A model generated the notes under the pieces. It searched no databases, was not told where the DNA came from, and saw nothing but the letters and a program-made list of their open reading frames with translations. A stretch of DNA of 62,452 nt, the filler included, from Chiloscyllium plagiosum (taxonomy: Eukaryota), in the NCBI RefSeq assembly GCF_004010195.1. It is 3 parts of one record of this genome, joined end to end, with 100 filler letters (N's around TTAATTAATTAA, not from the genome) between each part and the next. Parts side by side here need not be neighbours in the genome. Positions count along the whole stretch, not along the records: positions 1 to 28,177 come from NC_057713.1; 2 more parts are not named here. One strand, given 5' to 3'. The position numbers and the translations under genes were made by a program. Position 1 is the stretch's first letter. The number at the start of each line of letters is the position of its first letter. Below are positions 11,885 through 22,489 of the stretch, piece by piece.

Positions 11885-13385
11885 ACAGGTCTACAGCACA
11901 GAAGAATGCCCTTCAGCCTGTCATGTCAATGCCAGTCAAAAGCCATCTATTCTAATCCCATTTTCCAGCACATGGTCTTATATACCTTGGCATTGTGAGT
12001 GCACATATAAATGTTTCTTAAATGTTATGAGTGTGTCTGCCTTTTCCAGACAGTAGGCTCTAGATTCTAACCACTTTCTGGGTGAAAAATATCTTTTCCT
12101 CACATTTCCTCCAAACCTTCTGCCCTTTACCTTAAACCTACACCCCAAGTCACTGAATAGTGTCTTCCTGTATACCCATGCCCCTCAATTTTATACATCT
12201 TAACTGTGTACCCTCTCAATCTCCTCTGCTGCAGGGAAAACAACCCCAGTTTGTTCAATCTCTCTTCATAACAGACTCTCCAGCCTAGGGAAGATTTGCA
12301 CTCACTTCAGTACTATCACATCCCTCCTATAACTTGGATTCCAGAAATGCACAAATACTCAAGCTGTGACTACATTTATCCAGACTGAATTCCATTTGCC
12401 ACTGATCATCTGTATCCTCTTACAAAGGTTATCCTCACTATTTACTATCGCGCCAATTTTTGTGTCATCCATGAACTGGCTCATCAACCCTCCTACATTA
12501 GACTCCAAGTCATTCATTTAAACCACAAAATAGCAAGGGACCCAACATATGCATGTTTTGAACTTATGAAGGATGAGGATGAAGGAGTGCAAGATGCTTC
12601 AATTCAGAGTAAGACAACGCAAATTGCTATACTTTTCAGTAACTTGAGAGCTTCACATTAAATATTAGTTTAAACTTTTAAAAAATTCATTCACGGGATA
12701 AGGGCATCACTGGCTAGGCAGCATTTATTGCTCATTGTGATAAATGTCAGAAGCAAAGTCTTCATCTGGGGACTAGACATTAAGAACTGAAGAAACAAGA
12801 GAAAGAGTAGATAGAACATAAGGCATCTTGAACCTGTTCTGACATTCAATAACATAATTGCAGATCTGATTCTGGCCTCAGTTCCACTTTTCTGTCTATT
12901 CCCCATAACCATAGACTCCCCTATGTTTCAAAATCTGTCCACTGTGGCAATAAATAGATTTCATGGTTCAGCTGTCACAGCTACCTGGAACAGAGAATTC
13001 CAAAGGTTCACAACTGAGCTGACGTTGCTCTTTATTTCCATTTTAAATAACGGATTCCTTATTCTACAACTACGTAACCGAGCTCAAGAATCCTCCGAAA
13101 AGATATACCTTTCATTCTGCTCAACTCCAATGAGTATCAGCACAACCGGCCCAACTTTTCCTCAAAGGCAAGTGACTTTCAACCTGGGTATCAAACTACC
13201 AAATCTCTTCCGAACTGCCTCTAACATAAATATACCCCTTAAGCAAGAAGGCTTAACCAGCATGTAGTACTTAAGGTGTGATCACATCTACGGCCTGTAC
13301 AGTTGTAGTAAGATTTCCCAACATCTGTACTCCATTACTCTTACATTCAAGGCCAACTTTTCTTTTGCCTCCTTAATTACACACT
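11885..13385 (-). mobile_element. Cluster of old degenerate CR1 3' fragments
   Basis: Antisense CR1 3' motifs (ACCACTTTCTGGGTGAAAAA, CCCTCTCAATCTCCTCTG, GAGAATTCCAAAGGTTCACAAC) in two blocks, ~11885-12550 and ~12790-13385. Confidence 0.6.
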
Positions 13386-14107
13386 TTCACAAACGTTTGA
13401 GATTCAACATCTTGAACAAAACCTGAACTGGACTAACCATATAAGCACTACAGTTATAAGAGCAAGCCCAAGGTTAGGAATTCAGTAGTTACATACCTCC
13501 GTCCCTCATGCCCACTTGAAAATACCCATCTAACACCTTCAAGATTTACTCCCTCCATATTAGAGTTCTGCATCCTAAACACCACCTTCCAAATCTGTGA
13601 ATTTTACCACCTAGAAGGATAAGGGCAGCAGGTGCACAGGAACACCATCATCTGCACGTTTTACTCCCAAATATGTACCATCATGACATAATCCTACACC
13701 ACCATTCCTTCAGTATCACCTGGAACTCCCTGCCTAACGTCACTGCTGGTGTACCTTATGGACTGTTGTGGTTTTAAAGGAGGGGAACGGAATCAGTTTG
13801 TGCAAGAGAAAGATAAGCATTTGTTTCCTGCGCTGCAATAGATTTGTAATTATCGATGTTAATAATGATGCACAGCTATTTGGTCATTATTTTTAATCCT
13901 AGGAAACCATTAATACACAAAATCCAAACAGAAATCACTCAAACTCCATTTTGGGGTTAGCAAAAAGGCACTACCTTAAGTATGCATTGGTGGGAGCCAA
14001 ATGTTCTGGTCATGCAATCATTCTTCATGCAACCACAATCAGAGTCATAATTTGACCCATCGGCATACTTTGAATGTTGTAAACATGTTTAGCACTTCAA
14101 GACTCAC

Positions 14108-14212
14108 CTCTATAAATGCACTCAGTGTAGCATTTGTAGGATTGTGGGTAATGAGAAACCTCATGTGCTTGTAACTAACTTCCACGGGCGCAGGGCGATT
14201 TATCCGAGCCAT
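14108..14212 (-). CDS. PTP4A: PRL phosphatase (PTP4A family) first coding segment, [35 protein letters not shown]
   Basis: ATG at 14212 in context CCCCCCATGG, 105 nt, donor GAG|gtgagt. Hallmark [22 protein letters not shown]. Splices in frame to 4938-5030. Confidence 0.97.
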
Positions 14213-14673
14213 GGGGGGTCAGAATCAGCGGCACAAAGAAGTATTAGTACAAGGTCAGTATATGATCCCAATCTCTCCAAGTTAATACATGCGCACAGTC
14301 TTCATAGGATTGTATGTTTCTTACTGCAGCAAGGAAATATTCTTCTTTGAAACTTCTCAAATCAGCCTCCTTTGTTCACTTGTTATGCACTCTCCTTCAA
14401 ACCATGTATAATTCTAAACTCAGCAGTTCAGTCACCCCATTTGGAGATGCATTTCAAGGCAGTAGGAACACAACTGGAGATACTGAACAGGCCAAGTCTG
14501 TTATTTCTCCTATTCTTGCCAAAAATAAAGTTCTGATGGTTAATCCAAAGTGGTGGTCTTCAAGTTCTTGCTCAAATTTACTTGTCTGAGAAGATGCTAT
14601 GTTGTGCTGGGCAATAGCCACTGCTGTTTCTCACAAACTCCATAAAAGTGTGCTGAAAGGAGCTGTTGAACCA
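14213..14673 (-). other. PTP4A: 5'UTR portion of the PTP4A start-codon exon (inferred exon 14108-14673)
   Basis: Acceptor (TC)n-TAG|TGG at 14674-14675. A long uORF-containing leader within the ATG exon is typical of PTP4A genes. Confidence 0.75.
14578..14643 (-). promoter_or_regulatory. Upstream ORF MEFVRNSSGYCPAQHSIFSDK*, likely homologue of the Mg2+-sensitive PTP4A uORF
   Basis: 66-nt ATG..TAA frame 30 nt into the exon. Its C-terminus C-x-AQHSIF-x-DK matches my recollection of the 21-aa human PTP4A2 uORF. Confidence 0.8.
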
Positions 14674-14675
14674 CT

Positions 14676-14702
14676 AGAGAGAGAGAGAGAGAGAGAGAGA
14701 GA
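14676..14702. repeat. (GA)n/(TC)n microsatellite forming the polypyrimidine tract of the PTP4A acceptor
   Basis: About 13 GA units abut the acceptor AG. Confidence 0.9.
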
Positions 14703-15724
14703 AAATTTATGTTATTTTAAAAGAGTTGCATAAAAAGGTAGATTAGACAAAAAATTGTCTTAAGTAGCTGCCCACAATCAGGAAGGTAATAGAGCAGTTG
14801 AGCAAGATGACTTGTGCCCCATTTCAATCTTAGATTACTTAACTACTGAATGCATCTAAACCACTGAATGACAAGGCAATTTGTTTCATGCCACATCTAA
14901 AATGTTAACCTTCAGATAATTTTGTTTAAACTGTGATGAATCCTTGTTGCTTTCACAAAGGAAATATCAGCATTAGTATAAACAAACTAGACATACTGTC
15001 ATATGCCACAGTAAGAATTTATGCTGTGACTAACTCATTCTTCAGTTATATTACATGCTTGCAATACAACTGAGCAAATTTCCCAATTTTCTACTGCCTT
15101 TTAAGTATTGTACTTTAGCACTTCCTGTACCTTTTCCTCAGCAATGTGGTGCAATCAAGAGTTTCAGCAGTAACTACCTTAACTGGTATGGTGGGTTTGT
15201 TTGTTGGAATGCATAAAGTCATTAAATCATATGCCTAGAACACACCTAACTAATGTTTAATTTTACGATTCTGACCGAATAAGCTGGTAGTAATAGGATA
15301 AAACAAAAAAGTGAACAAAGCTTCTTTAGAAGGGGGTTAGAAACAAAGTAAAATCTTTTGATTGCTGCCAACTGAATTTACTAAAATAATCTTTCGAAGC
15401 AGTAATTATTCATTAATGGAAGGCTATGCCTTCTTTGACTTTCAGATATTGTAAGTAATTACATATGTATGTTTCATACATTACACAATCTGCATGAATT
15501 AAAACAAATAGTTGATGCACCAACTCACATATACAGTAAATACTGCCAAATCATACCACTTGAGTTGTAAGCTGTATATGAAGGAGTGAAACAGTAGTCA
15601 AAGGCATTTGTCTGATTCAGGACAAAGGAAATAATCAGATTAGATGACCATAAACAAACTGGCAAATTTTTTTATTCAGTTCTCCAGCAACATTTATCAA
15701 GCCAAAATAGAAAAAAAAAAGTTG

Positions 15725-15880
15725 CAAAAACAGAAATTGCTGGAAAATCTCAGCAGGTCTGGCAGCATCTGTGGAAAGAAATCAGAGTTAACGTTTTGGG
15801 TCCAGTGATCCTTCTTCAGAGCTGATGATAGCTAGGAAAAAGTTTTTTTTAAAAATGTAGAAGATCAGGAGAATAGAGGA
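15725..15880 (-). mobile_element. Penelope-type terminal repeat with decayed hammerhead
   Basis: Minus strand reads CTGAAGAAGGATCACTGGACCCAAAACGTT. Same family as 30235-30449 and 52616-52841. Confidence 0.7.
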
Positions 15881-15895
15881 GAGAAAAACAGTTGG

Positions 15896-16129
15896 GGATT
15901 AGAGTGGTGCTGGTAAAGCACAGCAGTTCAGGCAGCATCCGAGGAGCAGGGAAATCGATGTTTCGGGCAAAAGCCCTTCATCAGGAAAACAGCTGTATTC
16001 CTGATGAAGGGCTTTTGCCAGAAACGTCGATTTCCCTGCTCCTCGGATGCTGCCTGAACTGCTGCGCTTTTCCAGCACCACTCTAATCCAGAATCTGGTT
16101 TCCAGCATCTGCAGTCATTGTTTTTACCT
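15896..16129. mobile_element. Fold-back mini Penelope-derived element with 14-bp TSD and hammerhead cores on both strands
   Basis: Palindrome 15896-16089 centred ACAG|CTGT. Core CTGATGAAGGGCTTTTGCCAGAAACGTC at 16001-16028. TSD AGAAAAACAGTTGG at 15882-15895 and 16130-16143. Confidence 0.92.
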
Positions 16130-16724
16130 AGAAAAACAGTTGGACAGTTAAAAGAGTTTATAATGGTCAGTTTAGGAGAATGTGTAGCTATGTTGAATCC
16201 ATGATGAACACCACCTGAAAGAAGAATGGAAGGCAAAAAAAAAAGGGCAGCAGAATGAACTTTGGATGGAAGACTTCAACGTAACACCAAGTTGGCAATC
16301 GTAAAGGACATGGCTGTTAGACCGGGTCTGCCATGTGCATTAAGGAAACCAAAGAGACAAAACCTACATTATCTTACCCTCACCAATCAACCTTTAGGAG
16401 CTGCATATGTCCATGGCTGTAACGACAGTATTGAACACTGCAACAATTGTGTTATGTAGCACTACCTCTGCTAAACATAGCAAATTTCAAACAGATCTAG
16501 CAAATAGAGACCAGATACAAGATGCTGCCAGCCATTAGCAGCAGCACTACTCAGTACTAATTGGCAAGCAGGCCTATACTCCACTCTACTAGTACCATCA
16601 CACCAAGGGGCTAATTCTGGATTCAATGTGTACAGGACGGCATGCCTGGACCAGCACTAAGTAAAAAAAAAATTCAGAACATGAAAGTATAACAGAACTA
16701 CCTGCATGCCAAACTGTGGAAAAT

Positions 16725-18709
16725 TAGGAGAAAGTGAGGACTGCAGAGGCTGGAGACCAGAGTAGATTGTGATGCTGGAAAAGCACAGCAGTCAGGCAGT
16801 ATCCAAGCAGGAGAATTGTCATTTCGGGCATAAGCCCTTCATTATGAATGAGGCTTGTGGGCTGGGGGGGCCGAGATATAAATGGGAGGGGGGTGGGGAA
16901 AGGAAAATGAAAATGCAATAGGTAGATGAAGGTGGGGGATAAGGTGATGGGTCGGAGACGAAGGTGGTGCGGATATTTGGAAAAGACAGGTCAAGAGCGT
17001 GGTACTGAGTTGGAGGCTTGGGACTGGGATAAGGTGACAATAGACAATAGGTGCAGGAGTAGGCCATTCTGCCCTTCGAGCCTGCACTACCACTCAATAT
17101 GATAATTGCTGATCATCCTTAATCAGTATCTTGTTCCTGCCTTATCTCCATAACCCTTGATTCCACAATCCTGGAGACCTCTATCCAACTATTTCTTAAA
17201 TGAATCCAGAGACTGGGCCTCCACTGCCCTCTGGGGCAGAGCATTTACACAGCCACCACTCTCTGGGTGAAGAGGTTTACATAGAACATAGAACAATACA
17301 GCACAGAACAGGCCCTTCGGCCCACAATGTTGTGCCGAACATTTGTCCTAGCTTAAGCACCCATCCACGTACCTATCCAATTGCCGCTTAAAGGTCACCA
17401 AAGATTCTGACTCTACCACTCCCACAGGCAGTGCATTCCATGCCCCCACCACTCTCTGGGTAAAGAACCCACCCCTGACATCGCCCCTATACCTTCCACC
17501 CTTCACCTTAAATTTATGTCCCCTTGTAACACTCTGTTGTACCCGGGGAAAAAGTTTCTGACTGTCTACTCTATCCATTCCTCTGAGGTTTCTCCTCATT
17601 TCTGTTCTAAATGGTCTACCCCGTATTTTTAAGCTGTTTTCTCTGGTTCGGCAGATGGGGGGAGAGGAAATGAGGAAAGTGATGAAATCCACATTAATTC
17701 CATGTGGTTGCAGGGTCCCAAGACAGAAGATGTTCTTCCTCCAGGCACTGGGTGGTAGATGAGGCCCAGGAACTGCAGGCCCTTGGTGGAGTGGGAGGGG
17801 GAGTTGTAGTGATGGGGTCTGTTTGTAGGTGGTGAAAGTGATGGAGGATGATGTGATATATATACACACACACACACACACAGAGGTTGGTGGGGGTGGA
17901 AGGTGAGGACTGGGGGGGGGGGGGGGTTCTGTCCTTGTTGCGTTGGGAAGAGTGGGGTTCAAGGGCAGAGATGCAGGAAGTATACATCGCATACATTGCA
18001 TCATCCTCCACCACTTCTGCCACCGACAAACAAACCCCACTCCGATCAGCGCTTCGAGAGATCATTCCCTTTGCAATTCCCTTGTCAGATCCAGCCCCCC
18101 GCCACTCCTGGCATCTTCCCCTGCCACCGCAGGAAGTTCAAAACCTGTGTCCACACCTCCCTCCAAGGCCCCAAAGAATCCTTCCACATTTGACAGAAAT
18201 TTACCTGTACCTCCAATAATGTCATCTACTGTTTCTGTTGCACTCGACATGGTCTCCTCTACATCGGGGATACAGAACATTTCAGAGAACATCTCTGGGC
18301 CACCGATACTAACCAAGCCCACTACCCCGTGGCTGAACGCTTCAAAGTTTCCCCCCCCCCCTCCACTTCACCAAGGACATCGCCAAACCCTAACCATCTG
18401 ATGCCTGCAGGAAGAACACCTCATCTTCCACTTGGGACCCTACATGAGATTAAATGTGGATTTCACCAGTTTCATTTCCCTTTACCCCATCTTAGCCCAG
18501 TCCCAAGCTTCCAATCTGGCACCGCCCTCTTGACCTGTCCATCATTTTTCCCATCTATCCATTCCACCTTCTTCTCCGACCTATCATCTTCTCCCCCACC
18601 TTCATCTACCTACTACATTCTTAGCTACCTTCGCCCCACCCTCCCCATTTATCTCTCAAGCCCCCCCCCCCCCCCCCCCCCCCCGCCCCCCACCCCCCCC
18701 CCTCCTCTC
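16725..18709. mobile_element. Penelope-like element in inverted arrangement (minus arm ~16725-17990, plus arm ~17990-18709) with nested CR1s
   Basis: Minus arm has NKDRTP and CLGTLQPHGINVDF plus the terminal repeat. Plus arm has PGIFPCHRRKFKTC and GLLYIG (GIY-YIG) remnants. Confidence 0.8.
17036..17652 (-). mobile_element. CR1 3' end containing a second CR1 3' end (17279-17584)
   Basis: The outer copy has a (CTATTGT)n tail and matches 59380-59683. The inner copy has a (GTTCTAT)n tail and TSD GAGGTTT at 17272-17278 and 17585-17591. Confidence 0.85.
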
Positions 18710-18832
18710 NNNNNNNNNNNNNNNNNNNNNNNNNNNNNNNNNNNNNNNNNNNNNNNNNNNNNNNNNNNNNNNNNNNNNNNNNNNNNNNNNNNNNNNNNNN
18801 NNNNNNNNNNNNNNNNNNNNNNNNNNNNNNNN
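18710..18832. other. Assembly gap (123 N) after a poly-C run
   Basis: N run in the sequence. Confidence 0.99.
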
Positions 18833-20622
18833 ATGGAAACAGACCCTTCGGTCCAACCCGTCCATGCCAACCAACTATTCCAACCCAATCTAGTCGCACC
18901 TGCCAGCACCTGGCCCATATCCCTCCAAACCCTTCCTATTCATATACCCATCAAAATGCCTCTTAAATGTTGCAGTTGTACCAGCCTCCACCACATCCTC
19001 TGGCAGCTCATTCCATACACATACCACCCTCTGCGTGAAAAAGTTGCCTCTTAGGTCTCTTTTATATCTTTCCCCTCTCACTCTAAACCTATGCCCTCTA
19101 GTTCTGGACTCCCCGACCCCAGGGAAAAGAACTTTGTCTATTTACCCTATCCATGCCCCTCATGGTTTTATAAACCTCTATAAAAAGTCAACCCTCAGCC
19201 TCAGACGCTCCAGGGAAAACAGCCCCAGCCTGTTAAGCCTCTCCCTATAGCTCAAAAGCTCCAACCCTGGCAACATCCTTGTAAATCTTTTCTGAACCCT
19301 TTCAAGTTGCACAACATCTTTCTGATAGGAAGGAGACCAGAATTGCACGCAATATTCCAACAATGGCCTAACCAATATCTTGTACAGCCACAATATGACC
19401 TCCAAACTCCTGTACTCAATACTCTGACCAATTACAGAAAGCAAACCAAACAACCTCTTCACTATCCTACCTATCTGCGACTCCATTCTCAAGGAGCTAT
19501 GGATCTGCACTCTTTGTTCAGCAACACTCCCTAGAACCTCACCATTAAGATTTGCTTTCCCAAAATGCAGCACCCAACATTTATCTGAATTAAACTCCAT
19601 CTGCCACTTCTCAGCCCAGTGGCCCATCTGGTCCAGATCCTGGTGTAATCTGAGATAACCCTCTTTGTTGTCCACTACACCTCCAATTTTGGTGTCATCT
19701 GCAAACTTACTTACAGTACCTCTTATGCTCGTATACAAATCATTTATGTAAATGACAAAAAGTAGAGGACCCAACACCGATCCTTGTGGCACTCCACTGG
19801 TCACAGGCCTTCAGTCTGAAAAACAACCCTCCACCACCACTCTCTGTCTTCTACCTTTGAGCCAGTTCTGTATCCAAATGGCTAGTTCTCCCTGCATTCG
19901 GAGAGATCTAACCTTGCTAACCAGTCTCCCATGGGGAACCTTATCGAAATCCTTACTGATGTCCACATACATCACATCTACTGCTCTGCCCTCAATGCTC
20001 TTTGTTACTTCTTCAAAAAACTCAATCAAGTTTGTGAGACATGATTTCCCAAGCACAAAGCCATGCTGACTATCCCAAATCAGTCCTTGCCTTTGCAAAT
20101 ACATGTACATCTTGTCTCTCAGGATTCTCTTCAACAACTTGCCCACCATCGACATCTGGGTCACTGGTCTATAGTTCCCTGGCTTCTCCTTACCACCCTT
20201 CTTAAATAGTGGCACCACGTTAGCCAACTTCCAGTCTTCTGGCACCTCACTCGTGACTATCGATGATACAAATATCTCAGCAAGAGGCCCAGCAATCACG
20301 TCTCTGGCTTCCCACAGGATTCTAGGGTACACCTGATCAGGTCCTGGAGATTTATCCACTTTTATGCGTTTCAAGACATCCAGCACTTCCTCCTCTGTAA
20401 CATGGTCATTTTGCAAGTTATCACCATCTATTTTGCTACTTTCCATATCTTCCAAATCCTTTTCCACAGTAAACAGATGCAAAATACTCATTTAGTATCC
20501 CCCATTTTCTGCGGCTCCACACAAAGGCCGCCTTGCTGATCTTTGAGGGGCCCTATTTTCTCCCTCGTTATCCTTTTGTCCTTAATGTATTTGTAAAACC
20601 TCTTTGGATTTTCCTTAACTCT

Positions 20623-21243
20623 TCAAAGTTTGTGAGAAGATTTGTAGCTCGGGTGCTGGTTGTTGTGGTTCTGTTCGCCGAGCTGGGAATTTGTGTTGCA
20701 GACATTTCATCCCATGTCTAGGTGACATCCTAAGTGCTTGGGAGCTTCCTGTGAAGCGCTTCTGTGATCTTTCCTCCGGTATTTGTAGTGGTTTGAATCT
20801 GCCGCTTCCGGTTGTCCGTTGCAGTGGTCAGTATATTGGGTCCAGGTCGATGTGCTTAGTTGGTGAGCTACATAGCCACGAAATGACACGACCAGCTATC
20901 CTTAGTAGCCACACACGCAGAGGACAAGCAACATGAATTCGACTGGGACAACACTACTATTATAGGACAAGCCAAACCGAGAACAGCCAGGGAATTCCTA
21001 GAGGCATGGCACTCATCCACAGATTCAAATCAATAAGCACATCGACCTGGACCCAATATACCGACCACTGCAACGGACAGCTGGAACTGACAACCGGAAG
21101 CGGTAGATTCAAACCTCTACAAATGCCGGAGAAAGGATCACAGAAGCGCTTCACAGGAGGCTCCCAAGCACTGAGGATGTCACCTAGACAGGGGACGAAA
21201 CGTCTGCAAAACAAATTCCCAGCTCGGCGAACAGAACCACAAC
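20623..21243. mobile_element. Penelope-like fragment: GIY-YIG C-terminus between inverted terminal repeats, 11-bp TSD
   Basis: Arms 20662-20858 and 21034-21243. The middle encodes HAEDKQHEFDWDNTTIIGQAKPRTAREFLEAWHS. TSD TCCTTAACTCT at 20612-20622 and 21244-21254. Confidence 0.9.
21168..21207 (+). ncRNA. Minimal hammerhead ribozyme motif (second family)
   Basis: GCA-CUGAGGA-U-GUCACCU-AGAC-AGGGGAC-GAAAC-GUC-UGC: stem I GCA/UGC, stem II with one mismatch, intact core. Confidence 0.8.
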
Positions 21244-21859
21244 TCCTTAACTCTATTTGCCAAAGCTATTTTGTGTCCCCTTTGTGCCCTCCTGATTTCC
21301 CTCATTCTCATTGTCTTCCCAAATCCTAGCAATATTTACTTTCTGTATTTAGCTAACTCCACTTTGACAGCTATTATATCCACCATCTTATTAGGCAATA
21401 CATTCAAACCGTAAAAGGTTTTTCCTCATGTAACTTTTTTAACAAAATTCTTCAATGGAAAGTGGGGTTCACTGAGTAGACCAGAATTAGTTTCTAATAC
21501 CTAACTGCCTGTCAGTAGGTGGAGATGAGTCACCTTATTATACCATTGGAGACCATGGGCTGTAGGGACAGCTACTGTGTTGCTGGAAGAGTTCTAAGAC
21601 TGGATAGTTTGTCACTTGAATGAGAATTTTCAACTGGTGATGTTCCCATGTATCTTCTGCCCTGGCGCTTCTAGGTGGTATAAGTTGCAGGCTTTGAAAG
21701 TACTGTTGAAGAAGCCTTGCTAAGTTGCTGTATTGCAGCTATAAATGCTCCCACTGTATACTGGTGGTGGACAGAGTTAATGTTTACATTGGTGGCTGCA
21801 AATCAAGCAGGCCGCTTTGTCCTGGATGGTGTCAAGCTTCCAGAGAGTGGTCATTCTTT

Positions 21860-22260
21860 TGCCTCTAGATAAGTCTTCCAGCTAGTGACCATTGGAAGCA
21901 GTTTCTTTGTTTACTCTCTCTAGCTCCATTGAGATTTATCATCTCCTCCTGGCTGCCTCTGCTCCAAGGAGAACAATCCCATCGTCTCCAACCTAACCAT
22001 TTTAATGTGATACCTCATCTCTGGAGCCATTCTGGTAAAGTGCCTCAACACCCTTTCCAAAAGCCTTCCTTGACAATTTCCCAAAGTCTGCTGTCCAAAA
22101 TTGAACACAAGTTTCATATGAAATCTAAATACTTTATGCTGGTTTACCATAGCTTCCTGGCTTTTGTACTCCATATTGCCGTTAAAAAGGCTACGATCCA
22201 ATACATTAAGTGCTTAATTAACTTGTCTTGTTTGCAAGGGTTTTTGGACAAAACACTCCT
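21860..22260 (-). mobile_element. Old CR1 3' fragment
   Basis: ORF 21920-22201 MEYKSQE...LERVLRHFTRM...GLFSLEQR. Confidence 0.7.
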
Positions 22261-22346
22261 GAATCCCATTTCTTGGGTCTATGTAAAATCACTTTTAGCA
22301 TGTATCTTTTCAACTCCGTTCCTAGCACCCAGACATCCTCACAGAG

Positions 22347-22489
22347 AGGTGTACAAAGTTAAAAATCACACAACACCAGGTTATAGTCCAACAGGTTTAA
22401 TTGGAAACACACTAGCTGTTGGACTATAACCTGGTGTTGTGATTTTTAAACTTTGTACACCCCAGTCTAACACCGGCATCTCCAAATCA
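22347..22489. mobile_element. Fold-back mini element (third family) with centre deleted
   Basis: Arms 22348-22394 and 22416-22461 (CACCAGGTTATAGTCCAACAG / CTGTTGGACTATAACCTGGTG). TSD TCACAGAG. Homologous to 32728-32946. Confidence 0.8.

Larger units (their letters stand above)
18833..21305 (-). mobile_element. CR1 LINE ORF2 (reverse transcriptase), frameshifted, interrupted by a Penelope-like insertion
   Basis: ORFs 19811-20491 (KSPGPD, NYRPV, QHGF, FDKVPH), 19178-19804 ([14 protein letters not shown]) and 18890-19081. Confidence 0.95.

Noticed and set aside
17348..19054. Long ORFs of 230 and 241 aa with proline runs
   Set aside because: Chimeric read-through of nested repeats, poly-C and N gaps.
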